A stretch of 64,000 nucleotides of DNA from Cyanophora paradoxa CCMP329 (GCA_004431415.1 QPMI01000194.1:62001-126000); one strand, 5' to 3'; positions 1-12,733 are shown, numbered from the stretch's first letter. A program made the numbers and translations. The notes: generated by a model from the sequence alone, not told the origin.

Positions 1-33
1 TAGAGGTTTCCGGAGCTGGAATGGGTATGGCTT

Positions 34-877
34 TTAGATATTGGACCTCCACTTCTCATATTCGCCATCGCGCAACGCCTTCCGGTACAGGACAGCAGTC
101 ACAATGTTGATGATCTGCCCGGTGTTCGAACGCAGAAGAGGCGCAGCTCAGTAGGGGACGAGAAGAGGAATACCTGCAAGAGCACGAGGAAGAGGCCGAA
201 GCCACCGAGCAGCTTGAGGTTCTCCGATGCGAGGGCCTTCGCATAGCCCGGCGTGAGGCCAGGCCACACTTTGGCGAAGTCCTCGGGGCTCTTGTCGTAG
301 AGCCACTGAATGTCCTCCTCAATCTTCGACCGCAGCGCGAAGCACGCAATCGCTGTGGCGAATTCGAAGATGGTGATGATTCCGACGGAGATGGCGAACT
401 TCTCGTTAGTCAAGGCGGCACAGGCGGCACCAGGGCAATGGCGCGCGCGGACTGCAAGGTTCAAAAGGATACACAGCAGAGAACACCGCGATTCTTTGCG
501 ACAGCGGCCCAGAAACCTGCCGCGCGCGACGTCTGAAATCGTACGAGGAGCGCGGAAAGTTCCGCAGCGGCGCACCGAGGCACGAGAAGAGAAGAATGAA
601 AACGCCGATAGCCACGAGCGCGTGCGGAGTCCACGCGCCGCCGTAGCCCTTTGCCAGCGCCGCGCCAGCGAGGCCAAGAATGAGCAGACCGCCGACCTGT
701 GGAGCGAGCATTGGCGCTGCCCCAAGCAAGGAGATGGCCCGCGAGGAAATGCGCGGCATTTGGCAGCGGAAGCGGCACGCCCACCATGGTCAAGAAGGTC
801 AGAATTTTCAAAATGCTGCCCGAGGGAGAGCATAGCGCTCTCGCTTCCACGAGCTGGCCCCGAACGAGGTTGCGCAT
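34..877 (-). CDS. Tetraspanin-like four-TM protein (spliced, ~5 exons)
   Basis: Exons stitched across frames give ILKILTFLTMV / GGLLILGLAGAALAKGYGGAWTPHALVAIGVFILLFSCLG / FWAAVAKNRGVLCC / FAISVGIITIFEFATAIACF...LLGGFGLFLVLLQ / IINIVTAVLYRKALRDGEYEKWRSNI*. Four hydrophobic helices, with a tetraspanin-like TM2 (GC.GA-type) and a polar E in TM3. Confidence 0.65.
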
Positions 878-3652
878 TTTTCGCAGGAGGAAACCCGGGC
901 CTGGCGCTTCGTCTGCTGCTGCCCTCGAGAATTTTGTATACCCCTCAGAGGGGGAGGTGACCCGGAGGTCCCCGGAGGTGACTGGGGAGTTCCGGGAGGA
1001 ACCCGCGGCGGGGGAGGATCCACACTGCGCCTCAGCTCGGCGTTAATCGGCTCGCTCGAATCGACGCGCCTGTGCAGCTCCCGCGCAAGTGTCTAAGGCT
1101 CGGTCGGCGCGGCAGCTCGATCTCGGCGGTAGCTGTTTCGACTCCAGTGGGCACTCTGATCGTGCTTTGTTGGCGGCTCTGATGCGCGATCGCAAGACAC
1201 TCCATGCACGGACCACTTGCGCTAGCGCTTCGCATCGGTACCTGCGCGCTGAGAGCCTCAGAGCTGCTTGGCGCGTACTGGCACTGGCGCGGCGGAAGTT
1301 TCGAAATCCCTTCAAGACTCGAAGGTCGCCCGCCACGAGTAGACCAGTTGACGCTGATCTGACCTATCTGAGCGAGCGTCACTGAGTTCGTGGCTGCCAA
1401 GATGTTCTCTATCGTGCAAGGGCTGAAATCATCGCGCAGTGTCAGCTCAGAGGGAGTGCACCGTAGCACGTGAGCACTCGAATTGCCAATTGCATCTGCC
1501 GGCTAGCGCTCATCGTCTGTGTCGCGATCGCTCTTTCTCCCGCCCAGGTTCCCCAGCCCAGGATGTACTAATTTAAAGCCTGTCGTGCGCTCGAAGGTGC
1601 GCTCTTCGAGCGCTCAGCCTTGACGGGCACCCGCAAACGTATCCGAGACTCGGTTCCGAGTGCGGCAGATGCTCAGCGGCTCCTCAGCGGCTCGAACGCA
1701 CGCGTCGGATCTGGTCCAGCCGGCGCAAGATCACCGACGCGTGCGAGCGGGACTGTTGCATCTCCCAGCGGGACTGTTGCATCTCCCGGGTATCTAAACG
1801 GCGCCCACGCCCGCCCCGCACAGGTGCTAGACCTAGGGAATGCCCACGCAACCTGTGAATCCTGTCAGAGCCATGAGTAGCCTGCAACAGCCCCATGCAT
1901 AGCCCATAACGACCCCTTCTCGCAGGCCAGAACGCCGATTGCCCGCTGGAGTACAGTGGATGGAGAGCAGCACTACAAACTCAAGAGACCCACGACACCA
2001 ACAAGGTTCTCCCCTGGATCTAGATATCGGTACCCCCCGACTAACTAGGTAGCCCCCCCGGGGCGGGGGGAGGGGGGGGGAGGGGGGAGGAGGGGGGGCG
2101 GAGCGGCGCTTCACTGGGAGGAGGCCCTTGCCTCTCATTTCTACCTCGTTTCTAGAGGCCCCGGGCTGTGACCTTGTGCCCGCAGCAGCCCCACCTCTGT
2201 TGGCTTCTATTCCCCGTGCCACTTTGGTGTCCTCTATTGCACACACCCTATTCTCATCATTTCGGCTGCCTTCGCCAGTCCCCATTCCTCTCCCCCGCCT
2301 GCCAGACACACACAGCCTTCTCTCGCACTTTTCTCCTGACCGCCGCACTCACGTCGATTCAGGGAAGGGAGATTGGTTGCGTCCCCCGGCTCCCACGGCC
2401 ATCGCGCTAGGCCGCGGAAGAACAGTCCTCGGTGGTGGAGGCTTGTTCTTGCCCACGGTTGTGGCCGACCAGTGCTGCAAGTCCTGTGGCATCGCCACCT
2501 GAGCTTCCCTCCTCGACAATGGCCCTCCAAACTGGTCTCGCTCCTCGCCTTCCATCAGTACTCCCACCATCCGCACCCCGGCCTCCCTCCTCCACGGTAG
2601 CCTCTCCCCCCCGGCCCTTGTTCACCCGTTTTCCCTTGGCCAATCGCATTTCTTTCCATGCACTCCGCAATGTGGTGCCTCCCATGCCGGTGACGCAGCA
2701 GGCCTTCTGTTTTCGCTTGCAGTCTAGCGTTGTATGACCTAGTTCTTATTATAGAATGCCTTCCCGGGGACCTACCCAGGCAGTAGCTTCACACCACCTT
2801 TTTCCTGATCCCTTATTAGCCCATGAGTGGGGCCGGGTATCGTGACCCTTCACAGTCTTGTAGACCAGTTAAGACGGCTTAGTCCTTTGGGGTTAGTTTA
2901 TTCCAGAATGAGATATCGCCACTGGCTAGCTGAGCTCCACCCAATCCGATGTCCCATGGAGTCCGAACGACTTATATAATTAGCCCTGCAAGTTCGAATT
3001 CATCTCTCGACTCAGCGATTTGATATTCTAACAGACGCTTCAGTTGCCAAGTTATATTATATCAATTGCAACATCCGCCGGGCCGTACTGTCTTCCGAAG
3101 TTCGTGTGCACGACCGCATTTAGTGCTGCAATTCAATGATTGCAACTGCCGCAGTGCTGGCTATAGCGCTTAGTGTCACAGTGTCTAGATCTCGAATTCT
3201 CCCGGGTCCCTCCCATGGCCAGCCAGGGATGCCATGATGTATTGAAGGCTGTTGCGTGCTCCTCTAGATCTCAGAGTCTAGCACGCGAATAGAGCAACTG
3301 CCTTTGGTGCGGCCGCCCCACTGGGCCCTCCGAGGCTTCCTGACGACTTTGAATATCTTGCCCCACCCAACCTTATCCTAGATTTTTTTCTCTCGGCTTC
3401 TCACTGTCCAGGTTTTGAGGATCGAGGAATCAACTTCAAACAACGCCTTTCCTGTCTCTCTCCCCAGCTATGTTCTAGCCCTGGCCAAGTCGGGGTAGGT
3501 GCCTTGGGCAAGCTAGTGTATTCGGCTCCCTAGGGAGGTAACGGAGACTGTACCGTGGTGTTACTGAATATACGAGGGATTACGTTAAAAAGGCAAGCAA
3601 AAAGTGCCACTGATGCCACTGACTTGCGAACGAAATTGATTTTGAACAAAGT

Positions 3653-4410
3653 CTAGTGACTCAGTTGCTGGAATTGCTGCAGCGTGAGGCCCAGGAACTG
3701 ACGCATGGTGTTCAGCTCCATTGAAGATATCTCGTTGATCTATTTGCAGTTAGGTTCATGCCCAAAATATGAAGAGGGTTCTCACTCACTTTGAGTGCTA
3801 CAGTGCCCTCGTCAATGGAATGCAAAAGCAATCGCCTTATCTTCTCACCTCTTACCTCTTCTATGTCTTTTAGGAGTCCTCGAACGGCCTCCGACTCGCT
3901 TACGTCGTCCGCAGCGCTGGCGAACTTCAGTGCTTGCAACAAAAGAGTCGCGCCAGAATACGACGCACTTGGCAAGAATGAGGATGCCGATCTCGAGGTA
4001 GTTGAAGTCTATGTTGCAAAGCATCCCTTCTACCTGTTTCTCGCTCTCCAGCATTCGCGATAGCGCATCTGGGAAGTACATCAGCGCTCGGACGGGAACG
4101 AGTTTCGGCCGGCAGCTCACCTCTGGTGAGCCAGGGCGGCGGGATTAACTTGCACTTGCTCCGCTTTTTCAAGTGAATCGCGAGCCAGAGCGGCACTTTC
4201 ACTGGCACCTGTGGCTTGAAAGGTCGGAAAGTCCTCTGGGCGGCAACGCGTTAGTTCGAATTCGCCTACGCATTGCTGAGAGCGCCAGCTGACCGCAACG
4301 AGTTCAAGATAGTTCAAACTGAAGCTCGGGATGATTTCGACTGGCTCGTCCCCAGCCAGGAACTCGAGGACATCGTTCCCGTCGGCTTGCGGAACGCGGG
4401 CCGCCGACAT
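3653..4410 (-). CDS. PSF2: GINS complex subunit Psf2 (spliced)
   Basis: Motifs [58 protein letters not shown] and [15 protein letters not shown], separated by short GT-AG introns. Confidence 0.93.
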
Positions 4411-5127
4411 CACGCAGCAGAATACACGCCGACGAACTCAGCGCGTTCAGCGCCGTTCGGAACGCTCGTTGTAAACGAGCTGCAAATTGGGACGTCGACC
4501 GCGTTTGCCGCTCAGCTGCAGTCGCCCGTTGCCAGTGTGTCAGATAGCGGCGCGCTTTGCTAAAGGTGCTGCTTTCCACGCGCCTAGCGGGGCCAGCCGC
4601 CCGGTCAACTACGCGGGTGTCAAAAGTGGAGTACACTGGACACGAGTTTTCCGGATACACGTGTGCTTTCTTTTAATGCGTGCAGTGCGCATTCACGCAT
4701 TCGCCAGCGGCTCTCTATTGTTCACGCGTGCGCCAGCGGCTATCTATTAGTGTCAGCTCCTTGTTATGTACGGGCTGTCCTGCCGCCGGACCAGATCTGA
4801 AGATTCTGTACACGGCACCTACTTCGTTTCGGCAACCACACGTATGTGCAGGCTCGATCAACTATCGCCCTCGATGAAACACACACTTGCTTCTCGCCCA
4901 CGAAGCACGGAACTTTAGGGCCTAGCACCGAAGCGGACGAGATTCGGGAAAGCGATCGTATGTAACTATCCGCCAGCGCGATGTGCCTGCGCGCTGCCCC
5001 CCGCTCCCGACCCGAGCCACAAGCCAGCCGTAGGAAGACGTTTCAAAAAACCTACATTGACCTCAAAACCCCGGGACAAAAAAGCTATTGTTACGTGGTA
5101 CAACAATGGGGGAGACACGGCAGGAGT

Positions 5128-5684
5128 TTACCAGCCGTTGCCAGCCTGTGTCGAGCATTGGAGTAATCAGTGAAGGCCCGCAGCAGCGCGAGCGCAAGAG
5201 AACAGACCTGGGAGTAAACGTACTCCGCAACCGCAGCGATCTCATCCTCGGCGAGACGGCCACCGAACGCGGGCATGGCGTTCTTGCCGCCGGTGACCTG
5301 CTTCTTGATGGCGTCGACGTTGTAGCCGCCGTCGAGGTACTGCTCGAGCGCCGCCTTCTTCAGGGTCTTCTCGGCAGCGATGACGTTGTTGCCGCCAGCA
5401 TGGCACGCGGCGCAGTTGTTGGTGAAGATGGCAGCGCCGTCCGCGGCGAACACCGGGGAAGCAGCGAGCAGGGCCGCGGCGGTCGCCGCAGCGGTGAAGG
5501 TGGCCTTCTTCGACATGCGAACGCCGCCCTTGTTCGCTGCGAAAGCGGGCGGGTTAGCCCGGCTGGGGCGGGCCAGTGCGCGCACGCCTCCGGGCGCACC
5601 GGCAACCGGGGCCTTGGCGACCTCGGCCTTGCCGGCGATGAACGCCTTCGAGGGAACGATGGGGAGGGCAGCGACGAAGGCCAT
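5128..5684 (-). CDS. petJ: Nucleus-encoded cytochrome c6 precursor with bipartite plastid/thylakoid presequence
   Basis: MAFVAALP... transit peptide, thylakoid signal ending SPVFA, mature [18 protein letters not shown] (CxxCH) ...[12 protein letters not shown]. Intron 5146-5207 precedes the terminal AGNGW*, and a second intron is likely within the transit peptide. Confidence 0.97.
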
Positions 5685-5844
5685 GGTGCTAGCTGGGCGA
5701 CTGACGGCGACCGGCGAACAAGGATGACTTGGTGAATGAAAATCAGACGCCAATCACGGGACGGGGTACGGGTGCGACGCCAACGGGGGGTACGAGAACA
5801 TGCAAGCGCAGCGCCCGCTCGACCGCGCGAAGCAGGAGGAGTGG

Positions 5845-6680
5845 CACGGTGCACGGTGCACGGTGACGGCGCACGGTGACGGCGCTGGATTGATGCGTAC
5901 CAAAGCGCTAGCCGCTCAGCCTGTCAGATAGAGCCGCTGAGCCCGCCTGAACAACGGAGTGCCAGTGGACACGTACGACGAGGACGCGTGCATCTGTCCG
6001 CACCAGGGCATTTGAGGCGTCCATGTAGCAACTGAGGCGCCGTCCCGTAGCCTCGTGTGAAAGCACAGGTCCGCGCCACGTGCGCAAACGGATTCAAATG
6101 CTTGATTGAATCAGATTTTGTTGACGCTGAGCTGAGCTCGAGCTCAGCGCCGGTTCGATATCGGACTCAACTCTACACCCAGACGTACGCAATCTGATTT
6201 TCGCTTGTCTGACTCGCGATCGCTGAAGGTTGTGACAGGCATATACAGGCGCTTGCTCGTCACTGCTCCCCGTCAAACCACGCCAGCTCAGCCAATTGCA
6301 AGATCAAATTTGCTTATATCGCCACGAGTCGCCACGAAATGACGAAGCAGAGCAGAGACTCTGAGACGGCACAAGGCCAGCCACGTGGAGGCCGAACTGC
6401 ACGTGCGTCTGCAGAAAGCTAGAAGTGCGTTGTTGCAGGAGCCAAGCCAGTCTTTTCGAAAAAAAATTAGGTAGTAGTCGTAAGTAGTTCATAAGTAGTC
6501 AATCTTAGCAGGCGGAAAGCGAGAACTAGGACTACCACCCACATGTACAATCTTTAATCTCCCGTACTACGGTTTGCAAAGAATTGGAAGGCAACCGATC
6601 GCGAGGGACATGCCACGGTGGCACAAGGAAGGAGGCACATGCACATGTGCATACTTGCACCTGAGCCACGGTGCAGGTGA
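5845..6680. repeat. Interspersed repeat family A, copy 1 (diverged direct repeat of ~12935-13660)
   Basis: Collinear shared blocks: cacggtgacggcgctgg, acacgtacgacgaggacgcgtgcatc, ccacgtgcgcaa, gattgaatcag, gagacggcacaaggccagccacgtggagg, aggaaggaggcacatg. Confidence 0.85.
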
Positions 6681-6794
6681 GTATGCCCCCCCCCCCCCCC
6701 CCCCCCCCCCCCCGGAGCTGCCGCCTTGGCGCGCGCAATCGACTGCCTCATGGCAGCCATCCCGGAGTCCAGTCGGTGGTCCAGAACCTCCGGT

Positions 6795-6965
6795 GCACCC
6801 TCCCTGCCGGGCCCTCCCCCCCCCGCCGCTGCCACGGCCGCCACGCCGGTGCCTTCGACGGCCCCGCCCGCCGCCAGGCCGCCCCCATGGCCCCCCCGTC
6901 GATTGCCCCGGCACCAGGCTATGGGGGATCCAGGCTGTAGCGCTTTCGGCGCCCCGCGGGGCGAT
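6795..6965. repeat. Interspersed repeat family B (inverted copy at ~47810-47967)
   Basis: Near-identical reverse complement of ...gggggccatgggggcggc...gtcgaaggcaccggcgtggcggccgtggcagcggcg...gggagggtg. Confidence 0.85.
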
Positions 6966-7199
6966 TTCGGAAGAGGTAAACAAGTGTCCACTTTTGCCAA
7001 GAGTCTCTCCCATGTAAAGTAACTTAATAAACCTTTATTTAAGCCTACATAGAGCCTCTATAAGGCCTCACAGAGTCCTCGGCCCCCCGGCCCCACCCAC
7101 ATGCACAAGCTCAGTACCAGCCACTGATCAAATCAAGTTAGAACCCTGCCCTCCTTCGCACTGCCTACCTATAGCTACTACGTAGACCCTATGCCTACG

Positions 7200-9110
7200 C
7201 TCGGCGAGCCGCGCCGCCGCCCGCAACGCCTCCGCCTCGCCCGGCGAGCCGCGCCGCCGCCTGCTGCGCCTCCCCCGCCCGGCGAGCCGCGCCGCCGCCC
7301 AGCGAGCCGCGCCGCCGCCCGCCGCGCCTCCGCCCCGCCCGGCGAGCCGCGCCGCCGCCCGCCGCGCCTCCGCCCCGCCCGGCGAGCCGCGCCGCCGCCC
7401 GCCGCGCCTCCGCCCGCCCGGCGAGCCGCGCAGCCGCCCGCCGCGCCTCCGCCCGCCCGGCGAGCCGCGCCGCCGCCCGCCGCGCCTCCGCCCCGCCCGG
7501 CGAGCCGCGCCGCCGCCCGCCGCGCCTCCGCCCCGCCGGCGAGCCGCGCCGCCGCCCGCCGCGCCTCCGCCCCGCCCGGCGAGCCGCGCCGCCGCCCGCC
7601 GCGCCTCCGCCCCGCCCGGCGAGCCGCGCCGCCGCCCGCCGCGCCTCCGCCCGCCCGGCGAGCCGCGCCGCCACCTGCCGCGCCTCCGCCCCGCCCGGCG
7701 AGCCGCGCCGCCGCCCGCCGCGCCTCCGCCCCGCCCGGCGAGCCGCGCCGCCGCCCGCCGCGCCTCCGCCCCGCCCGGCGAGCCGCGCCGCCGCCCGCCG
7801 CGCCTCCGCCCCGCCCGGCGAGCCGCGCCGCCGCCCGCCGCGCCTCCGCCCCGCCCGGCGAGCCGCGCCGCCGCCCGCCGCGCCTCCGCCCCGCCCGGCG
7901 AGCCGCGCCGCCGCCCGCCGCGCCTCCGCCCCGCCCGGCGAGCCGCGCCGCCGCCCGCCGCGCCTCCGCCCCGCCCGGCGAGCCGCGCCGCCGCCCGCCG
8001 CGCCTCCGCCCCGCCCGGCGAGCCGCGCCGCCGCCCGCCGCGCCTCCGCCCCGCCCGGCGAGCCGCGCCGCCGCCCGCCGCGCCTCCGCCCCGCCCGGCG
8101 AGCCGCGCCGCCGCCCGCCGCGCCTCCGCCCCGCCCGGCGAGCCGCGCCGCCGCCCGCCGCGCCTCCGCCCCGCCCGGCGAGCCGCGCCGCCGCCCGCCG
8201 CGCCTCCGCCCGCCCGGCGAGCCGCGCCGCCGCCCGCCGCGCCTCCGCCCGCCCGGCGAGCCGCGCCGCCACCTGCCGCGCCTCCGCCCCGCCCGGCGAG
8301 CCGCGCCGCCGCCCGCCGCGCCTCCGCCCCGCCCGGCGAGCCGCGCCGCCGCCCGCCGCGCCTCCGCCCCGCCCGGCGAGCCGCGCCGCCGCCGCCGCGC
8401 CTCCGCCCCGCCCGGCGAGCCGCGCCGCCGCCCGCCGCGCCTCCGCCCCGCCCGGCGAGCCGCGCCGCCGCCGCGCCTCGCCGCCGCGAGCCGCGCCGCC
8501 GCCGCGCCTCCGCCCGCCCGGCGAGCCGCGCCGCCGCCCGCCGCGCCTCCGCCCCGCCCGGCGAGCCGCGCCGCCGCCCGCCGCGCCTCCGCCCCGCCCG
8601 GCGAGCCGCGCCGCCGCCCGCCGCGCCTCCGCCCCGCCCGGCGAGCCGCGCCGCCGCCCGCCGCGCCTCCGCCCCGCCCGGCGAGCCGCGCCGCCGCCCG
8701 CCGCGCCTCCGCCCCGCCGGCGAGCCGCGCCGCCGCCCGCCGCGCCTCCGCCCGCCCGGCGAGCCGCGCCGCCGCCCGCCGCGCCTCCGCCCCGCCCGGC
8801 GAGCCGCGCCGCCGCCCGCCGCGCCTCCGCCCCGCCCGGCGAGCCGCGCCGCCGCCCGCCGCGCCTCCGCCCCGCCCGGCGAGCCGCGCCGCCGCCCGCC
8901 GCGCCTCCGCCCCGCCCGGCGAGCCGCGCCGCCGCCCGCCGCGCCTCCGCCCCGCCCGGCGAGCCGCGCCGCCGCCCGCCGCGCCTCCGCCCCGCCCGGC
9001 GAGCCGCGCCGCCGCCCGCCGCGCCTCCGCCCCGCCCGGCGAGCCGCGCCGCCGCCCGCCGCGCCTCCGCCCCGCCCGGCGAGCCGCGCCGCCGCCCGCC
9101 GCGCCTCCCC
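7200..9110. repeat. GC-rich ~40-bp minisatellite (ccgcccggcgagccgcgccgccgcccgccgcgcctccgcc)n, ~1.9 kb
   Basis: Direct inspection: 120-bp (three-unit) periodicity is visible line to line, with occasional 39-bp and shorter variants. Confidence 0.97.
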
Positions 9111-9119
9111 AGCTGGCGC

Positions 9120-10035
9120 TGAGACGGTCCCGTCCTGCGGAGGTGCGGAGGGGGGCGGAGGGGCGCCGCCGCCGGAAAGCGGGAGGCGGGGCGGGGCGGG
9201 GCGGGGCGGGCGGGCGGAGCGGGGCGGGCGGGGCGGGCGGGGCGGGGCGGGGCGGGGCGGGCGGGACAGAGCGTGGCGGGGCAGAGCGGGGCGGGGCGGG
9301 GTGGGGCGGGGCGGGGCGGGGCGCGGACATCGTGAGCGATGGCGAGGTGCCGCCCGTCATTGGGGAGGGCCAGACAGAGCCTGACCGCCTCCCTTCGAGG
9401 CCCGGCTGGGGCGGGCGGGGCAGGGCGGGGCGGAGACGGGGAGGGAAGGGGCGCACGCGGCCGTCGGCGTCGGCGAAGGCAAGGACGGCGCCGGAGGCGG
9501 CAAGGGCGATGCGGGCGCCGGAGGCCGGCGGGCCGTGCCCCGCGCCCACGCCCTCGTCCGAGAGCGCGTCCGGGCGAGCGGGCGAGCGGGGCGGGGCTCG
9601 CGTTGGTGGCGGCGACGACGCGGGACGCGGAAGCGCACTCACGGGTCCCGCGTACTCCTGCCGGTAGTCCACCTTCTGCAGGCACCGCTGCGAGTCTGCC
9701 CGCCCGGCCCGCGGAGCTCCGCTCGCTGCGCACTCACGGGTCCCGCGTACTCCTGCCGGTAGTCCACCTTCTGCAGGCACCGCTGCGAGTCTGCCCGCCC
9801 GGCCCGCGGAGCTCCGCTCGCTGCGCACTCACGGGTCCCGCGTACTCCTGCCGGTAGTCCACCTTCTGCAGGCACCGCTGCGAGTCTGCCCGCCCGGCCC
9901 GCGGAGCTCCGCTCGCTGCGCACTCACGGGTCCCGCGTACTCCTGCCGGTAGTCCACCTTCTGCAGGCACCGCTGCGAGTCTGCCCGCCCGGCCCGCGGA
10001 GCTCCGCTCGCTGCGCACTCGCGTTGTCACACCAT
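9120..10035 (-). CDS. Possible spliced WD40/beta-propeller-like gene fragment
   Basis: Exon-like peptides IALAASGAVLAFADADGRV and LCLALPNDGRHLAIAHD lie between GT-AG introns. The 3' part runs into the satellite. Confidence 0.35.
9635..10020. repeat. 95-bp tandem repeat x4 (53-nt exon-like + 42-nt intron-like unit on the minus strand)
   Basis: Units start at 9635, 9730, 9825 and 9920. The minus strand reads cag|ACTCGCAG...GGACCC|gtgagt. Confidence 0.95.
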
Positions 10036-10884
10036 CGCAAGGTAGCTACGCAGCTAAGCAGCACAAGTTAGCAATTAAGGAACACCGATATGAAAAACAT
10101 CGGGAAGCAAAAGCACCGCCAACAACGGCCACTCCGTTTCATGAGTACACGCCTCCGCTCGCTCCGTTGAAGCAGAGAACATGCAGGACAAGCCGCCTAC
10201 AACGCTCAGCTGCCGCAGCGCCGCAGCCGCCGCCGGCCCGCTGACAGGCCGCTGACACCCGCTGTGTAGGGGGGGGTAGGGGCACTTCTGCAGCTCTGCC
10301 AGGGGACCGCAGGCTCTAGGGGCACGATTGTGATTCACGTAGCGAGTTGGTGCCTCTAGCAAGGCTTGCGCGCTGGCGCGGCCCGCGGGCTCGCTGTCTG
10401 TGAGGCGCGCGGACGGCACCCCTATCGGGAAGCCTGACGCGCCCTGCGCACGCACCAAGCACGATAGAACACTCATAGCTAACGTTCGGGAGCAATCGGG
10501 AAGCCGCCTGCGGTGGTCGACTCGTCGGCTGCATCCGAGCTCCGCGGCCGGCCCTTCGCCTGTGCTGCCAACGGTAGCTATGCCCGCTACCTAGCTGCCC
10601 TAGCTCGTTGCGAGTGCTCCACGGTCGCCCCGGGCCCCGCGCGGGCCGTCCGCGCTTGTCTGGTCGAACTCTGGATCTCTGCGAACTGTCTTGTCGAAGC
10701 GATGCGAACAGCTTTCCGGTCGAACTCTTTGGAACTCTCGTTCGCATCGTCTCGAACTCTTCAAAAAGCTCGCTATGCGAACACTATGCGGTTTGCACTA
10801 CTACCATTCTCTAAGGAATCCGCTATGCGAACAGTATCGAACTATAAGATTCGCATCGATACGAACCAGGGGGGTTTTTACTAG

Positions 10885-11420
10885 TGATACACGCAGACAC
10901 GGAAAGCAACCACAGACATCCCAATGCGGGCCTCTTCCTAATGCCGGCCTGGGAGAGTCCTGGTCACGAATCTCACGTGTGAAACCTTTATAATTAGCCA
11001 TCAGTCATGCCATCAGTCTCGTCATCAGTGATAAGGACCGTTGGGGAACCGGGGTCATCAGAAAGATCCAGAGGGGCAGCAGAGGAGAGAATTGCAGGAA
11101 GTAAGGGCCGCAAACGTTTGAAAGAAACCTGAGGTAGGACACCAGTAAAGTTATCACCATGCATATGATCAAGAGCACCAGGGTCTGGAGAGGACACTCG
11201 ACGACGCTTAGGTGGAACAATTGAAGGAGAAAGAGGATCAGTATCCATGGGCATCATAGGCGCAGTACAAGCTTAAGGCAGAGGGGCAGAAGAGGGAGGG
11301 GCTAGGGATCGGATGCAATGACCGCATGACTTGCGAAGTCGGGCTCAACATCAACAGCGTCGATTCGGACAGGAGAGATCCGATGATCAGCGGTAGATCA
11401 GGGGCAAGCTCAGTGTCGAG
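10885..11420 (-). repeat. Interspersed repeat family C, copy 1 (probable transposon remnant)
   Basis: Encodes MMPMDTDPLSPSIVPPKRRRVSSPDPGALDH...TDG, near-identical to 47130-47630 (+) including the non-coding tail. Confidence 0.85.
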
Positions 11421-12113
11421 TTGGGCCCTTGGAGTCCGGGGCGACCTAGGGTTGGGAAATAAATTCGACGGGGGATCGGCACTTGCGATTTTAGAAATCT
11501 TTATGCATGCTCTAACCCCCTGCGACGTGTTCATGCGGTGCCACTGGCCAGGAATCGTTTTAGAGGGTTTTCGCGGGGTCTCGGATCTGTATTGGACCCG
11601 GGAGCTGTGCAGCTGCAGCATGCCGATGATCATGGTGCCACGCGCGCGCGCAGCGGGGCCTCAGATGATGAAGTCGAGGCTCAGTGACTTATAATTAGTG
11701 ACTCCGTGACACTCATGATCAGTGACTGTGACATTGGGGGGGTGCGGGGGGGCGAAGTCCCCCTGCCTGTGCCACAGTAAAAAGACGAAAGAGACGAAAG
11801 ACACTCAGCTCCCAGTAAGGACGGTTGGATAGGCGAAAAACAAGCTACCCTCATGAAATTATACCTCATGAAACGAGCAGAAGAGAAAGCGCTAGCTCGC
11901 TAGAACTGCATGTCCTGTCTTGAGCTGATATGTACAAAATGCAATTATGTGCTGGGGGAGGTACGGGGAAGCCGGCGGCAATGGGGCCGCGTGCGGTCAG
12001 GAAGGTCCGGGCAGGAAGGTCGGGCGGTGAATGGCGAGGCGGGGCGTGCGTGGCGAGGGACTGGGCCGCGCCGGGCTGCGCGAGCATGGCGGGCCCGGAG
12101 GGCCAGCGCTAGC

Positions 12114-12733
12114 TTACTGCGGCCCCTCCCCTCCTGCGCCAGCCTTCCGCCTGGACGCGGATATGTCAACAGGGATCAGGTACCAAGCAAACAGCACGCA
12201 CGGGATCGAGATTGAGACGAGTCCCGACTGCACGGAGAACAGAGCCGAGAGAAGCGTGATGCCGAAAGCGAGAATCTGCGTTGATTAGAGCGCCATCCGC
12301 GACCGATCGCTAGCTGTAGAGGACCAACCTGCCAGAGCGTGACAGCAATCCCGATCTTGGACTTCACGGCCTCAACCTCGACCTTCACGGCCTCAACCTC
12401 GACCTTTAGGGCGCCGATCTTGTTGTCCAGGGCGCCGATCTTGTTGTCCAGGGCGCCGATCTTGTTGTCCAGGCCCCCGATCTCCGTCTTGCTGGCCATG
12501 TTGTTCATGCTGGTCTCCAGCCGACGGACCGCATCCAAGACCTCGCGAGTCGTGTACTGCGCCCCGGGTGCGGCGCGAATGCGCTCCGAACCTTCGTCGG
12601 GCGAATGGTTGCGTGGGGCGCTGGTGAAGATAGCCCGCGTGCTGACGAGCTTGCAGAATGGTCCGTGGCGAGCAGCAGCGGCCGCCGGTCTCAGGACAAG
12701 CGTGCGGGTGGAGAAAGCGCCGAAGAACGACAT
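12114..12733 (-). CDS. Putative mitochondrial coiled-coil/C-terminal TM protein (CCDC90/DUF1640-like architecture)
   Basis: Arg/Ser/Ala-rich presequence MSFFGAFSTRTLVLRP, then MASKTEI, heptads (LDNKIGA)x3 and (KVEVEAV)x2 from 21-bp repeats, then a hydrophobic tail IGIAVTLWQ|ILAFGITLLSALF. Confidence 0.6.

Noticed and set aside
1900-3560. Possible retroelement remnant
   Set aside because: No RT, endonuclease or terminal structure recognisable; left unannotated.
7178-9828. 643-877 aa Arg/Gly/Ala/Pro ORFs
   Set aside because: Artefacts of a stop-free GC satellite.
9635-10020. CRISPR-like regular repeat array
   Set aside because: Units are fully identical with no unique spacers, there are no cas genes, and the context is eukaryotic.
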